In this document: positions 9,055 through 18,467 of the stretch, one piece after another
Numbering within the stretch: position 1 is the stretch's first letter
Layout of the letters: each line of letters begins with the position of its first letter
DNA from: Candidatus Limnocylindria bacterium
GTDB lineage: Bacteria; Chloroflexota; Limnocylindria; P2-11E
NCBI GenBank assembly: GCA_041493915.1
Contig: JBGPZT010000001.1
Coordinates: forward strand, 1 to 61,947
Length of the DNA: 61,947 nucleotides
Direction of reading: 5' to 3'
Notes under the pieces: model-generated
What the model was told of the DNA's origin: nothing
Databases searched by the model: none
Seen by the model: only the letters and a program-made list of their open reading frames with translations
Position numbers and translations under genes: made by a program

Positions 9055-9092
9055 AATCTCTGGCCTTCGGCCAGGAGACACGCTCAGGGCTG

Positions 9093-9803
9093 GTGGATTC
9101 GCTCGTCGCGGCGAAGCCGCTCCTCGCTCAGCCTGGCCTGTCTTTCCGGCGGGTGAAGGCCGTCGTGATCGCGCACGGCGACGTCGATCCGGACGACCGC
9201 GCGCACCTCGAGGGCGCTCAGCTCGTCGTCGCCGCGGACGGCGGGACGCTCGCGCTCGAGCGATGGGGCGTCGTCCCGCAGGCCATCGTCGGCGATCTGG
9301 ACTCGCTCGGGCTGGAGCGCGCGCGAGCGTACGAGGCGCGTGGCGTGGTGGTCGTCCCGTACTCGCCCGAGAAGGACGGGTCGGACCTCGAGCTCGCCAT
9401 CGCCTACGCGGTCCGGGCGAAGGCCGATGACATCCTGCTGCTCGGGATCCTCGGCGGCGCGCGGTTCGATCACGAGCTCGCGAACACGCTGCTCATCGCC
9501 GCCGACGGATATCGCGGGCGCCGGCTGCGCGCCGTTCACGGCGACGTGACGGTGCGCGCGCTGCACGCCGGCGAGCAGCTGGATCTGGGCGGCGCGCCAG
9601 GTGATCTGGTGACGCTGCTCGCGGTCCGCGGCGACGCCGAGGGCGTCCGCACTCAGGGCCTCCGCTATCCACTCGCCGGCGAGACGCTGCCCTTCGGCGC
9701 CGCGCGCGGCCTCTCGAACGTCGTGGTGTCTGCGGGCGCTTCGGTCGCGTGCGCTCGCGGCGTGCTCCTCGTCATCGAAACAGGCGCGGGAGGTGTCTCG
9801 TGA
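9093..9803 (+). CDS. thiN: thiamine pyrophosphokinase
   Basis: VVAADGG...IVGDLDS...KDGSDLELA...LGGARFDH are TPK motifs. An alternative GTG start lies at 9153. Confidence 0.8.
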   Translation: MDSLVAAKPLLAQPGLSFRRVKAVVIAHGDVDPDDRAHLEGAQLVVAADGGTLALERWGVVPQAIVGDLDSLGLERARAYEARGVVVVPYSPEKDGSDLELAIAYAVRAKADDILLLGILGGARFDHELANTLLIAADGYRGRRLRAVHGDVTVRALHAGEQLDLGGAPGDLVTLLAVRGDAEGVRTQGLRYPLAGETLPFGAARGLSNVVVSAGASVACARGVLLVIETGAGGVS

Positions 9804-10381
9804 AGGATTCCATGTCCTGGCGAACGGTCGACATCGTCGTCACCGCGGCGATCGCGGTCGCATTCGGGGTGGTGTTCTGGGCCTGGAATGCGCTGTGGGC
9901 CGCGGCCAGTCCAGCATTCCTGGCCGTCCCGCCCGCGCAGAACATCTTGTACGGAACCTGGCTCGCGGCCGGGGTCGTCGCAGGCCTCGTCGTGCAGAAG
10001 CCCGGCGCCGCGCTCTTCGCGGAGCTGGTGGCGGCAAGCGTGTCGCTCATCCTCGGATCGCAGTGGGGTCTCGACGCCGCGCTCTCGGGTCTGTTCCAGG
10101 GCGCCGGCGCGGAGCTCGCCTTCGCGCTGTTCCGCTACCGGCGCTGGGACCTCGTCGCGGCGCTGCTTGCCGCGGCCCTCGCCGCGCTCGGCGCGTGGCT
10201 CCACGACACGCCGCTCTACTACGCCGAGCTGCCGCTCACCGACCAGCTCGTGATCGGCGTGTTCATGCTGATCTCCGCGGTGGTCATCGCGGGGGTCGGT
10301 TCGTGGTGGCTGACACGCGCGCTCGTGCAGACCGGAGTTCTCGCGCAGTTCCCGTCGGGCAGGACGCAGCAGCGCATCTAG
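9800..10381 (+). CDS. ykoE: ECF-transporter substrate-capture (S) component, YkoE-like (thiamine/HMP)
   Basis: GTGA overlap with the thiN stop. GGGAGG lies 7 nt upstream. About 6 TM helices, and it sits with ykoD/ykoC behind a TPP riboswitch. Confidence 0.7.
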   Translation: MKDSMSWRTVDIVVTAAIAVAFGVVFWAWNALWAAASPAFLAVPPAQNILYGTWLAAGVVAGLVVQKPGAALFAELVAASVSLILGSQWGLDAALSGLFQGAGAELAFALFRYRRWDLVAALLAAALAALGAWLHDTPLYYAELPLTDQLVIGVFMLISAVVIAGVGSWWLTRALVQTGVLAQFPSGRTQQRI

Positions 10382-10392
10382 ATTCCGCTCGC

Positions 10393-11823
10393 ATGAGCCT
10401 GAGCCAGGGCGCGGCGATCGAGGCGCGCGGCTGGGGTTGGCGCCACGCCGGGCGCCAGGCCTGGGCGGTGCGCGGTCTGGATCTGCGCGTCGAGCCTGGC
10501 GAGCGCGTGCTCCTGCTGGGCGCATCAGGCGCGGGCAAGAGCACGCTGCTGGCCGCGCTCGCCGGCCTGCTCGATGCGACCGGCGGCGGCGAATCCGAGG
10601 GCGAGCTGCGCGTCGATGGGCGGCTGCCGCACGACGCGCGCGACGCGATCGGCATCGTGTTCCAGGATCCGGAGGCGCAGCTCGTGATGGCGCGCGCCGG
10701 CGACGACATCGCGTTCGGGCTCGAGAACCACTGCGTGCCCACGGCGGTGATCTGGCCACGCGTGCACCGCGCGCTCGCGCAGGTCCACTTTCCATATCCG
10801 GAGGACCGGTCCACCGCGTCCCTGTCGGGGGGCGAGAAGCAGCGCCTTGCGATCGCCGGCGCGCTCGCGCTGCGCCCACGCCTGCTGCTGCTCGATGAGC
10901 CGACCTCCAACCTCGATCCGGCCGGCGCGGAGACGGTGCGCGAGACCCTCGCCGAGCTGCGCGCGATGACGCTCGTGCTCGTCGAGCATCGCGTGACGCA
11001 GGCGCTGCCGCTGGTGACTCGCGTCGTCGTGATCGAGGCGGGCGGCGGCGTCGTCGCGGACGGCGCGCCGGCGGAGGTCTTCGCACGCGACGGAGCGCGG
11101 CTCGCGGAGCTCGGCGTCTGGGTGCCCGGACCACCGCCGGCGCCCCCGACGCGGCGCACGACGTTCGGGTCGGAGCTCGCGCGAGCCGAGGGCGTCGCGT
11201 TCCGCTATCCCGGCGCGGTCGCCTGGGCGGTCGATGGGGTCGACGCGTCGGTGCGCGCGGGCGAGGCCCTCGCCGTGACCGGACCGAACGGCTCGGGGAA
11301 GTCGACGCTCGCGCTCCTCGTGGCGGGGCTGCTGCGACCGGCGCGCGGACGCGTCGCCCTGGGGGACACGGAGCCCTGGTCACTGCCCGCGCGCCGCTTG
11401 ATCGCGCGCGTCGGCACCGTCTTCCAGGATCCCGAGCACCAGTTCGTCACCGGTCGCGTCGACGCGGAGCTCATGGTCGGACCGCTTCGCGCGGGACGCT
11501 ACGCGCCTGACGCGCGGCGGATCGCGATGGACCTGCTCGAGCGGATGCGTCTCACCCACCTCGCCGCCGCGAACCCCTTCACGCTGTCGGGCGGCGAGCA
11601 GCGCCGCCTGTCGGTCGCGACCGCGCTCGCAACGGCGCCGCCTCTGCTGGTGCTCGACGAGCCCACGTTCGGACAGGACCGCCGCACCTACGGCGAGCTC
11701 GTCGCGCTCCTCGCGGCGCACTGCGACGGCGGCGGCGCAGCGATCTTCGCGACGCACGACGAGGACCTCGTCGTATCGCTCGCGGACCGCACGCTGCGCC
11801 TCGCGGCCGGTCACGTCGCATGA
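10393..11823 (+). CDS. ykoD: ECF-transporter duplicated ATPase, YkoD-like
   Basis: Two ABC cassettes: GASGAGKSTL..LSGGEKQRLAIA..LLLLDEP and GPNGSGKSTL..LSGGEQRRLSVA..LLVLDEP. ATG is at residue 201 of the track ORF. Confidence 0.9.
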   Translation: MSLSQGAAIEARGWGWRHAGRQAWAVRGLDLRVEPGERVLLLGASGAGKSTLLAALAGLLDATGGGESEGELRVDGRLPHDARDAIGIVFQDPEAQLVMARAGDDIAFGLENHCVPTAVIWPRVHRALAQVHFPYPEDRSTASLSGGEKQRLAIAGALALRPRLLLLDEPTSNLDPAGAETVRETLAELRAMTLVLVEHRVTQALPLVTRVVVIEAGGGVVADGAPAEVFARDGARLAELGVWVPGPPPAPPTRRTTFGSELARAEGVAFRYPGAVAWAVDGVDASVRAGEALAVTGPNGSGKSTLALLVAGLLRPARGRVALGDTEPWSLPARRLIARVGTVFQDPEHQFVTGRVDAELMVGPLRAGRYAPDARRIAMDLLERMRLTHLAAANPFTLSGGEQRRLSVATALATAPPLLVLDEPTFGQDRRTYGELVALLAAHCDGGGAAIFATHDEDLVVSLADRTLRLAAGHVA

Positions 11824-12572
11824 GGCTGCTCGAACCGCTCGTTCCCGACCCAGGCGCGCCGCTCGCGCAGCTGCATCCGATCGCCAAGATCGTCGCCGCG
11901 CTCATCCTCATGCTGGCGCTCTTCATCACCGTCGATCTCGTCACCTCGGGGATCGTGGTCGCAGCGGTGCTCGTCGCCGCGCGCTTCAGCGGGCTCCCGC
12001 CGCGCTCGCTCGCCGCGCGCGCCGCACCGCTCCTGATCGGTGCGGCAAGCCTCGGCGTCTTCAACGCGGTCCTTTCGCAGAGTCCGGCCGCGGGAGCGGC
12101 GATCGCGCTGCGCGTCATCGGCATCTCGCTCGCGGGCATGCTCGCGGTCGCGACGATCGATCCCACCGATCTCGCGGACGCGCTGGTGGAGCACGCTCAC
12201 GCGCCGTCACGCTTCGTCGTCGGCGCGCTCGCGGCGTTCCGCCTCTTCCCCCTGTTCTCGCGCGAGTGGGACGTGCTCGGCCTCGCGCGCCGCGCGCGCG
12301 GCATCGAGGCCGACCGCACGTTCGTGGACCGCGCCCTTGCCTTCCCCGGTCGCGCGCTTGGTCTGCTCGTCGCGGCCATCCGGCGCGCGACGCGGCTCGC
12401 GCTGGCGATGGACGCGCGCGGCTTCGGCTCGCGTGATTGCCGCACGCTGGCCCGGCCCCGCGCGCTGACGCTGCGCGACGGCGCGCTCGTGGCTGGCGCG
12501 CTGCTGCTGGCGACGGCGGCGACGTCCATCAGCGTCGCGCTCGGGACATGGCGCCCGCTCATCGCGTTCTGA
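11820..12572 (+). CDS. ykoC: ECF-transporter T component (CbiQ/EcfT, YkoC-like)
   Basis: ATGA overlap with ykoD. Multi-TM protein with the conserved ARxxRG loop (LARRARGIE). Confidence 0.8.
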   Translation: MRLLEPLVPDPGAPLAQLHPIAKIVAALILMLALFITVDLVTSGIVVAAVLVAARFSGLPPRSLAARAAPLLIGAASLGVFNAVLSQSPAAGAAIALRVIGISLAGMLAVATIDPTDLADALVEHAHAPSRFVVGALAAFRLFPLFSREWDVLGLARRARGIEADRTFVDRALAFPGRALGLLVAAIRRATRLALAMDARGFGSRDCRTLARPRALTLRDGALVAGALLLATAATSISVALGTWRPLIAF

Positions 12573-12631
12573 CCGACCGAAGCTCGCGACGGCCCGGGCC
12601 TACCATCCGCCCGAGGGATGGGGTTGGACTA

Positions 12632-13972
12632 GTGCGACCGACGACTCGGTACGCCAAGAGCGGCGACTACAACATCGCCTACCAGGTCGTCGGTGATGGC
12701 CCGGTCGACCTGGTCTTTGTCCCCGGATTCGTCTCACACGTCGAGCACGCCTGGGAGGATCCCGGCTTCGCACGACTCCTCGAGCGACTCGCCTCGTTCA
12801 GTCGGCTGATCCTCTTCGACAAGCGTGGCACGGGCCTCTCGGATCGTGTGCCGCCTCACGAGCTGCCGAGCCTCGAGCAGCGCATGGACGACGTGCGAGC
12901 GGTGATGGACGCGACCGGCTCGAAGAAGGCCGCCCTCCTCGGCGTGTCCGAAGGTGGACCGATGAGCATGCTCTTCGCCACCACATATCCAGAACGCGTC
13001 TCCGCGTTGATCCTCTACGGCACCTACGCGAAACGGGTGCGCGACAGCGACTATCCATGGGCACCCACCCTTGACGACTTCCACAAGTTCCTCGACGCCA
13101 CCGAGCGCGAATGGGGCGGGCCAGCGCAGCTCGAGGCCTGGGCTCCGAGCGTCGCCAGCGACGATCGGTTCAGGCGATGGTGGGCGCAGTACCTGCGGCT
13201 CGGCGCAAGCCCAGGCGCGGCGCGCGCGGTCCTGGAGATGACCCTCGAGATCGACGTCCGCGATGTCCTATCGGCGATCCGCGTCCCGACCCTGATCCTC
13301 CATCGCACGGGAGATCGCCGGATCGATGTCGGCGGGAGCCGCTACATGGCCGAGCGCATTCCAGGAGCGACGTACGTTGAGCTGCCGGGGATCGATCACG
13401 TCCTGTGGGTGGCCGACACTGAGGCGGTCGTCGGCGAGATCGAGGAGTTCCTCACCGGAACCCGTCAAACGCCCGAGCCGACACGCGTGCTGGCAACGGT
13501 CCTCTTCACCGATATGGTCGAGTCCACGGGCCGCGCGGTCCGGCTCGGCGACGCTCGATGGCGCGCCCTCATGGCCGACCATGACCGTCTCACTCGGAGT
13601 GAGCTCGCCCGTTCCCGTGGCCACGAGGTCCGAACGACGGGCGATGGGTTCCTCGCGACCTTCGATGGACCCGCGCGAGCGATCCGCTGCGCGTGCGCGA
13701 TCGTGGAACGGGTGCACGAGCTCGGGATCCAGGTGCGGGCCGGCCTTCACACCGGCGAGATCGAGATCGTCGAAGGTGGCATCGCCGGGATCGCCGTGCA
13801 CATCGCCGCGCGCGTCGCCGGTCTCGCGGGTCCTGATGACGTATTCGTGTCGAGCACCGTGAAGGACCTGGTGGCCGGATCCGGCCTCGCGTTCTCCGAG
13901 CACGGCACTTTTGAGCTCAAGGGCGTGCCGGGCAGCTGGCGGATCTTCCGGGTCGAATCGCGCCCGTCGTGA
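12632..13972 (+). CDS. alpha/beta-hydrolase fused to class III adenylate/guanylate cyclase (LipJ/Rv1900c-like architecture)
   Basis: N-terminal half has GVSEGG (GxSxG nucleophile elbow). C-terminal half reads VLFTDMVESTG...TTGDGFLATF...RAGLHTGEIE...GIAVHIAARV...FELKGVPG. GTG is at residue 66 of the track ORF. Confidence 0.85.
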   Translation: MRPTTRYAKSGDYNIAYQVVGDGPVDLVFVPGFVSHVEHAWEDPGFARLLERLASFSRLILFDKRGTGLSDRVPPHELPSLEQRMDDVRAVMDATGSKKAALLGVSEGGPMSMLFATTYPERVSALILYGTYAKRVRDSDYPWAPTLDDFHKFLDATEREWGGPAQLEAWAPSVASDDRFRRWWAQYLRLGASPGAARAVLEMTLEIDVRDVLSAIRVPTLILHRTGDRRIDVGGSRYMAERIPGATYVELPGIDHVLWVADTEAVVGEIEEFLTGTRQTPEPTRVLATVLFTDMVESTGRAVRLGDARWRALMADHDRLTRSELARSRGHEVRTTGDGFLATFDGPARAIRCACAIVERVHELGIQVRAGLHTGEIEIVEGGIAGIAVHIAARVAGLAGPDDVFVSSTVKDLVAGSGLAFSEHGTFELKGVPGSWRIFRVESRPS

Positions 13973-15867
13973 TCCCCTCGGACCAGCATCGTGAGGAGGC
14001 GGACGCGCAGGAGGGGCTGCTTCGGAGCATCAAATTCTTCCGCGACCTCGACCGCGTCGACATCGCGCGCCTGATCGGCGGGAGCGAAGACGCTCACTTT
14101 CTGGCCGGCGCGGTCATCGTCCGGGAGGGCGAGGCCGCCGACTCGCTGTTCCTCCTCGCGAGTGGCGAGGTCGAAGTGAGCGTTCGCGCGGACGGGTCCG
14201 AGCGTTCTGTCACGACGATCCTCGCGCCGGGCACATTCGGCGAGTTCGGTCTCCTTCTCGCCGAGCGCACCGCCACGGTCCGCGCGGTCACCGCCGTGCA
14301 CGCGTGGCGGATCCCTCGCGAACGCTTCGAGCGAGTCGTCCGCGAGCGACCGCAGCTCGGTCTCGCGGTCGCCCGTGCCCTCGCCGAGACGATCGACCGG
14401 CGTGACCGAGAGCGCGTCGGCGCCCCGCTCTTGTCGCACGAGGGGCTTCGCTCGATCGTCGCGGCGCCGGTCGCCTCTCGCTCGCCGGTCGCGCGGATCG
14501 TCGCCGGCGCGATCTCGATCGCCGTCCCTGCGGTCCTCTGGTCGCTGCCGGCGCCAACTGGTCTGACGGATGCCGGGTGGCACATCGCGCTGGTCATGCT
14601 CGGCGGGGCGGTCGCGTGGCTCCTCGAGCCGATCCCCGACTTCGCCGTGGCGCTTGCGATGGCGGGCGCGTGGGGCGTCGCCGGACTCGCGCCGCCGACG
14701 GTCGCGTTCAGTGGTTTTGCGAGCTCGACGTGGATCGTCGCGGTCGCGGCGCTCGGGATCAGCTCGGCGATGGCCGCGTCGGGGCTGCTCTTCCGAGCCT
14801 CCCTCGTGCTCCTCCGCGTCTTCCCTCCGACGCATCGGGGCCAACTCGCGGCTCTCCTCCTGGGCAGCGCGGTCTTGACACCGCTGGTGCCGACCGTCTT
14901 CGGCCGGATCGCCACCGTCGCGCCGATCGCGCACGAGCTCGCGCAGGCGCTTGGTTACGCCAAGCGCAGCCGCGCGAGCGCGTCGTTCGCGTTCGCCGCG
15001 ATCATCGGCAACACGTTCCTCGGTCCCGTCTTCCTCACCGGCGTCGTCACGAACTTCCTGATCCTCGGCCTGCTGCCAGCCGGGGAGCAGGCGCGCTTCG
15101 ACTGGATCGGGTGGCTGGCCGCTGCCCTCCCGGCAGGACTCGTGCTCCTCGTCGGTCCCGCGATCGTGCTCATGGCACTCCCGCCAGAGACGACGGCGCG
15201 AGCGAGCGGCACCGTGCGCCACAGCCAGGAGCGAACGCTCGGTCGGATCTCGCGACGAGAACTGGTCTCGCTGCTCGCGCTCGGGATCTTCGTCGCGGGA
15301 CTGCTGCTCCAGCCCGTACTGCGGCTCGACATCGCGTCGATCGGGCTCGCCGCCCTCCTCGTCGCGATCGGCGGCGGTGCGCTCGACCGCCAGACCTTCC
15401 GATCGGGGATCGACTGGGCGACGCTGGTGTTCCTCGGCGTGCTCCTCGGCGCGGGTGCGGTGCTGCGGTCAGGAGGAGTGGATCACTGGATCGCGGAGCT
15501 CCTCACGCCCATTACGCGATCCCTCGGCGACCCGGCGCTGACGCTCCTGTTGCTCGCGCTCGTGACGGTGGCGCTCCGCTGTGTTCTCCCGATGGTGCCT
15601 GCCGCGTTCCTCCTGTTCCTGACGCTCGTGCCAGCGGCGCCGCAGCTCGGCCTGAGTGGCTGGGTCGTCGGCTTCGTCACCGCGGTGCTCGCCTTCACGT
15701 GGCTGGTGCCCGCGCAGTACGAGGTGCTGCGCATGGTGCGGGAGATCACCGGCGGCGAGATGTTCACCGACCGCCAGGCGGTGGTCGTCGGGGTCACCAT
15801 GACCGCGGTCGCTCTGTTCGCGATCGCCGTCAGCATTCCCTATTGGCGCGCGATCGGGCTGCTCTGA
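13969..15867 (+). CDS. cyclic-nucleotide-binding domain fused to DASS/SLC13-type anion permease
   Basis: GTGA overlap with the cyclase stop. The CNB domain has the phosphate-binding cassette FGEFGLLLAERTATVRA. It is followed by about 480 aa of polytopic membrane domain. Confidence 0.8.
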   Translation: MIPSDQHREEADAQEGLLRSIKFFRDLDRVDIARLIGGSEDAHFLAGAVIVREGEAADSLFLLASGEVEVSVRADGSERSVTTILAPGTFGEFGLLLAERTATVRAVTAVHAWRIPRERFERVVRERPQLGLAVARALAETIDRRDRERVGAPLLSHEGLRSIVAAPVASRSPVARIVAGAISIAVPAVLWSLPAPTGLTDAGWHIALVMLGGAVAWLLEPIPDFAVALAMAGAWGVAGLAPPTVAFSGFASSTWIVAVAALGISSAMAASGLLFRASLVLLRVFPPTHRGQLAALLLGSAVLTPLVPTVFGRIATVAPIAHELAQALGYAKRSRASASFAFAAIIGNTFLGPVFLTGVVTNFLILGLLPAGEQARFDWIGWLAAALPAGLVLLVGPAIVLMALPPETTARASGTVRHSQERTLGRISRRELVSLLALGIFVAGLLLQPVLRLDIASIGLAALLVAIGGGALDRQTFRSGIDWATLVFLGVLLGAGAVLRSGGVDHWIAELLTPITRSLGDPALTLLLLALVTVALRCVLPMVPAAFLLFLTLVPAAPQLGLSGWVVGFVTAVLAFTWLVPAQYEVLRMVREITGGEMFTDRQAVVVGVTMTAVALFAIAVSIPYWRAIGLL

Positions 15868-15868
15868 G

Positions 15869-16474
15869 GTGCGCCAGCTCGACCACGTCGTGTTCGTCGC
15901 TGCCGATCTCGCCGCGACAGCGGAGGAATACCGCGGCCGCGGTTTCACCGTGACGCCGGGCGGCGAGCACGCGGATGGGATCACGCACAACGCGCTGGTC
16001 GCGTTCGCCGACGGCGCTTACCTCGAGCTCGTCGGCTTCCGGAGACCCGCGCCGCAGCACCGCTGGTGGCGCTACGCCGGCGCCGGCGGCTACGCGGACT
16101 TCGCCGTCCTGTCCGACGATCTCGACGCCGACGTCGCCGCCTTCGGCGCGCTCGTCACGCGACCGGGCGTGGAGGGAGGCCGCACGCGTCCCGACGGCGT
16201 GACGCTCCGGTGGCGCACGGCGCTCCTCGCACCGCCGCTGCCGTTCCTGATCGAGGACCTCACGCCGCGCGATCGGCGCGTCCCGAGCGGCGACGCGGCG
16301 CGGCACGCGAACGGAACGACCGGCATCGCGAGCGTCGTCGTCGGCTGCCGCGACCTCGCGGCCGCCGAACGAGCCTACGCGCAGTTACGGGCACTAGGCG
16401 GACCGGTCGTCGTGCTTCGGGCGAGCGCGAACGACGGGATCGAAGACGTCCGTTTCGCGGTCGGCGCCGGCTAG
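15869..16474 (+). CDS. glyoxalase-like (VOC) domain protein
   Basis: LDHVVFVAADL...GFTVTPGGEH..GITHNALVAFADGAYLELVGF. Starts 1 nt after the transporter stop. Confidence 0.7.
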   Translation: MRQLDHVVFVAADLAATAEEYRGRGFTVTPGGEHADGITHNALVAFADGAYLELVGFRRPAPQHRWWRYAGAGGYADFAVLSDDLDADVAAFGALVTRPGVEGGRTRPDGVTLRWRTALLAPPLPFLIEDLTPRDRRVPSGDAARHANGTTGIASVVVGCRDLAAAERAYAQLRALGGPVVVLRASANDGIEDVRFAVGAG

Positions 16475-16881
16475 AGCAGCTCCCGCTGGATCCGCTCGCG
16501 GATCGCGTCGCGCACGACTCGGAACGCGGCGAACCGCGTTGCATCATCGCCGAGCACGGCCGACGGATCGGGGAGTGACCAGTGCCGGCGCTCCTTCGCG
16601 TTCGGGAAGTACGGGCAGGCCTCGTTCGCATCGTCGCACACGGTGATGACGAGGTCGAACGGCTCGTCGAGGTAACGATAGAGCGCCTTCGACTCATACA
16701 GCGAGATGTCGATCCCCTCCTCGGCCATCGCCTGCACGGCGAGCGGGTTCAGCCCGCGCGCCTCGGTGCCCGCGCTGGCCGCCTCGAATCGCCCGGCGCC
16801 GAGCTCGCGCAGGAAGCCCTCTGCCATCTGAGAGCGCGCGGAGTTGTGCGTGCAGAGGAACAGGACGCGCTGCGCGGTCAA
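16471..16881 (-). CDS. arsC: thioredoxin-coupled arsenate reductase (LMW-PTP fold)
   Basis: VLFLCTHNSARSQMAEG (CX5R P-loop) plus VITVCDDANEACP (the Cys82/Cys89-type pair). TTG start overlaps the phoU stop (TTGA). Confidence 0.85.
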   Translation of the reverse strand: MTAQRVLFLCTHNSARSQMAEGFLRELGAGRFEAASAGTEARGLNPLAVQAMAEEGIDISLYESKALYRYLDEPFDLVITVCDDANEACPYFPNAKERRHWSLPDPSAVLGDDATRFAAFRVVRDAIRERIQRELL

Positions 16882-17576
16882 TCTTCGGGCTGGCGCGGGC
16901 CGTGCGAGGTGAACTCGCGCATCACGCCCGTGACCTCGTACACCGTGCGCTCGCAGATGTTCTGGATCCGGTCGCCCATCCGCTCCAGGTTATGCGCGAC
17001 CCACAGGAGCCACGTCGCGCGATCGATGGTGGTCGGGTCTTCGGTCATGTACTGCAGCAGCTCGCGGTAGACGATGTTGTACAGCCGGTCCACCTCGTCG
17101 TCCTGGAACGCGACGCGCTCGGCGGTGTGCTCGTTGCGCTGCAGAAATGCGTCGACGGCCTCGCGCAGCATCTCGCGGACCAGGCGAGCCATCTCCGGCA
17201 CGTCGACTAGCGGCTTGAGGAGTCGCCGGCCCTCGTGGAGCTGCGTCACCTTCGCGATCCCCGACGCGTAATCCCCCATCCGCTCGATCTCCGAGACGAC
17301 CATCAGCACGGCAACGATGAAGCGCAGGTCGCCCGCGATCGGCTGCTGCGTCGCGATGAGGTGGATCGCGCGGTCCTCGATCGAGAAGCGCATCTCGTTG
17401 ATCTGCTGGTCGCCGGCGATCACGAGGCCGGCCAGGCGCTGGTCGAGCGTCTGGAGCGACAGCACGCTGCGCTCGATCGCGACATCGAGGAGGCTGGTCA
17501 TGGCGCGAAGGTCGGCCTGGAGCCGCGCCAGACCGTCGTCGAGCGCCGCGCGAGCGTGGACCCCGCGCACGGTCAT
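16878..17576 (-). CDS. phoU: phosphate-uptake regulator PhoU
   Basis: Begins at Met101 of the track ORF (ATGA overlap with pstB). Two PhoU repeats are present (...EIERMGDYA..., ...NLERMGDRI...). Confidence 0.9.
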   Translation of the reverse strand: MTVRGVHARAALDDGLARLQADLRAMTSLLDVAIERSVLSLQTLDQRLAGLVIAGDQQINEMRFSIEDRAIHLIATQQPIAGDLRFIVAVLMVVSEIERMGDYASGIAKVTQLHEGRRLLKPLVDVPEMARLVREMLREAVDAFLQRNEHTAERVAFQDDEVDRLYNIVYRELLQYMTEDPTTIDRATWLLWVAHNLERMGDRIQNICERTVYEVTGVMREFTSHGPRQPED

Positions 17577-18445
17577 CCGAAGCGCCCCGTGATGTACGCC
17601 TCGGTGCGCGGGTCCTTCGGCATCGTGAACAGGTCGTCGGTCTTGCCGAACTCGACCAGGCGGCCGATGCCGTCGTCGGCGGCGAGCATGAACGCCGTGC
17701 GCTCGCTCACGCGCGATGCCTGCTGCATGTTGTGCGTCACGATCACGATCGTGACCTCGTGACTCAGCTCGCGCACGAGCTCCTCGATCTTGTACGTCGC
17801 GATCGGGTCGAGGGCCGAGCAGGGCTCGTCCATCAGCAGCACGCTCGGATCCGTCGCGAGAGCGCGCGCGATGCACAGGCGTTGCTGCTGACCCCCGGAG
17901 AGGGCGGCGCCCGAGCGATGGAGCCTGTCCTTGACCTCATCCCAGAGCGCGGCGCGGCGTAGGTTCCGCTCGACGAGATCGTCCATCTCGCGACGGGTCA
18001 TCTTCCAGGCACGCAGTCGCGGACCCGCGGCCACGTTGTCGTAGACGCTCATCATCGGGAACGGGTTTGGCTTCTGGAACACCATCCCGACCATGCTCCT
18101 GACCTCGACCGGATCGGTCGCCGGCGCGTAGACCTCGACATCGCCGAGGAGGACGCGACCCGTGGCTCGTGCGCCGGGCGTCGTCTCGTGCATGCGGTTG
18201 AGGCAGCGCAGGAGCGTCGACTTCCCGCAACCCGACGGCCCGATGATAGCCGTCACTGCGCCGACCTCGAAGGTGAGATCGACATCGCCGACCGCCTGCG
18301 CCGACCCGTAGTAGGCGGAGAGCTTTTCAGTACGCAGCGCGATGGCGCGGGTTGTCGCAGCCGGAGAGTCAGCAGCGGAGGCGAACTGCGCCGGAGCCTC
18401 ATGCGGAACGTCGCGGGCCTTCGTCTCTCGCATGGTCACTGACAT
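17573..18445 (-). CDS. pstB: phosphate ABC transporter ATPase
   Basis: [17 protein letters not shown]...[14 protein letters not shown]...[15 protein letters not shown] is at residue 25 of the track ORF. Confidence 0.95.
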   Translation of the reverse strand: MSVTMRETKARDVPHEAPAQFASAADSPAATTRAIALRTEKLSAYYGSAQAVGDVDLTFEVGAVTAIIGPSGCGKSTLLRCLNRMHETTPGARATGRVLLGDVEVYAPATDPVEVRSMVGMVFQKPNPFPMMSVYDNVAAGPRLRAWKMTRREMDDLVERNLRRAALWDEVKDRLHRSGAALSGGQQQRLCIARALATDPSVLLMDEPCSALDPIATYKIEELVRELSHEVTIVIVTHNMQQASRVSERTAFMLAADDGIGRLVEFGKTDDLFTMPKDPRTEAYITGRFG

Positions 18446-18467
18446 CTTGGTGCTCTCTTCCACCGCG

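Noticed and set aside
9665-11383. A 572-aa ORF on the minus strand across thiN/ykoE/ykoD.
   Set aside because: It is an Arg/Pro/Ala-rich low-complexity translation, antisense to genes with clear homology. This is a typical high-GC antisense artefact.
16878-17876. Long N-terminal extensions of track ORFs. Examples are phoU 332 aa, rsmE 380 aa, prmA 468 aa, dnaK 723 aa, hemW 462 aa, the SDH-like protein 454 aa and crp 427 aa.
   Set aside because: The extensions are Arg-rich, overlap the upstream gene, and end where a start codon sits in a 1-4 nt stop/start overlap or behind an SD. I therefore used the internal starts.
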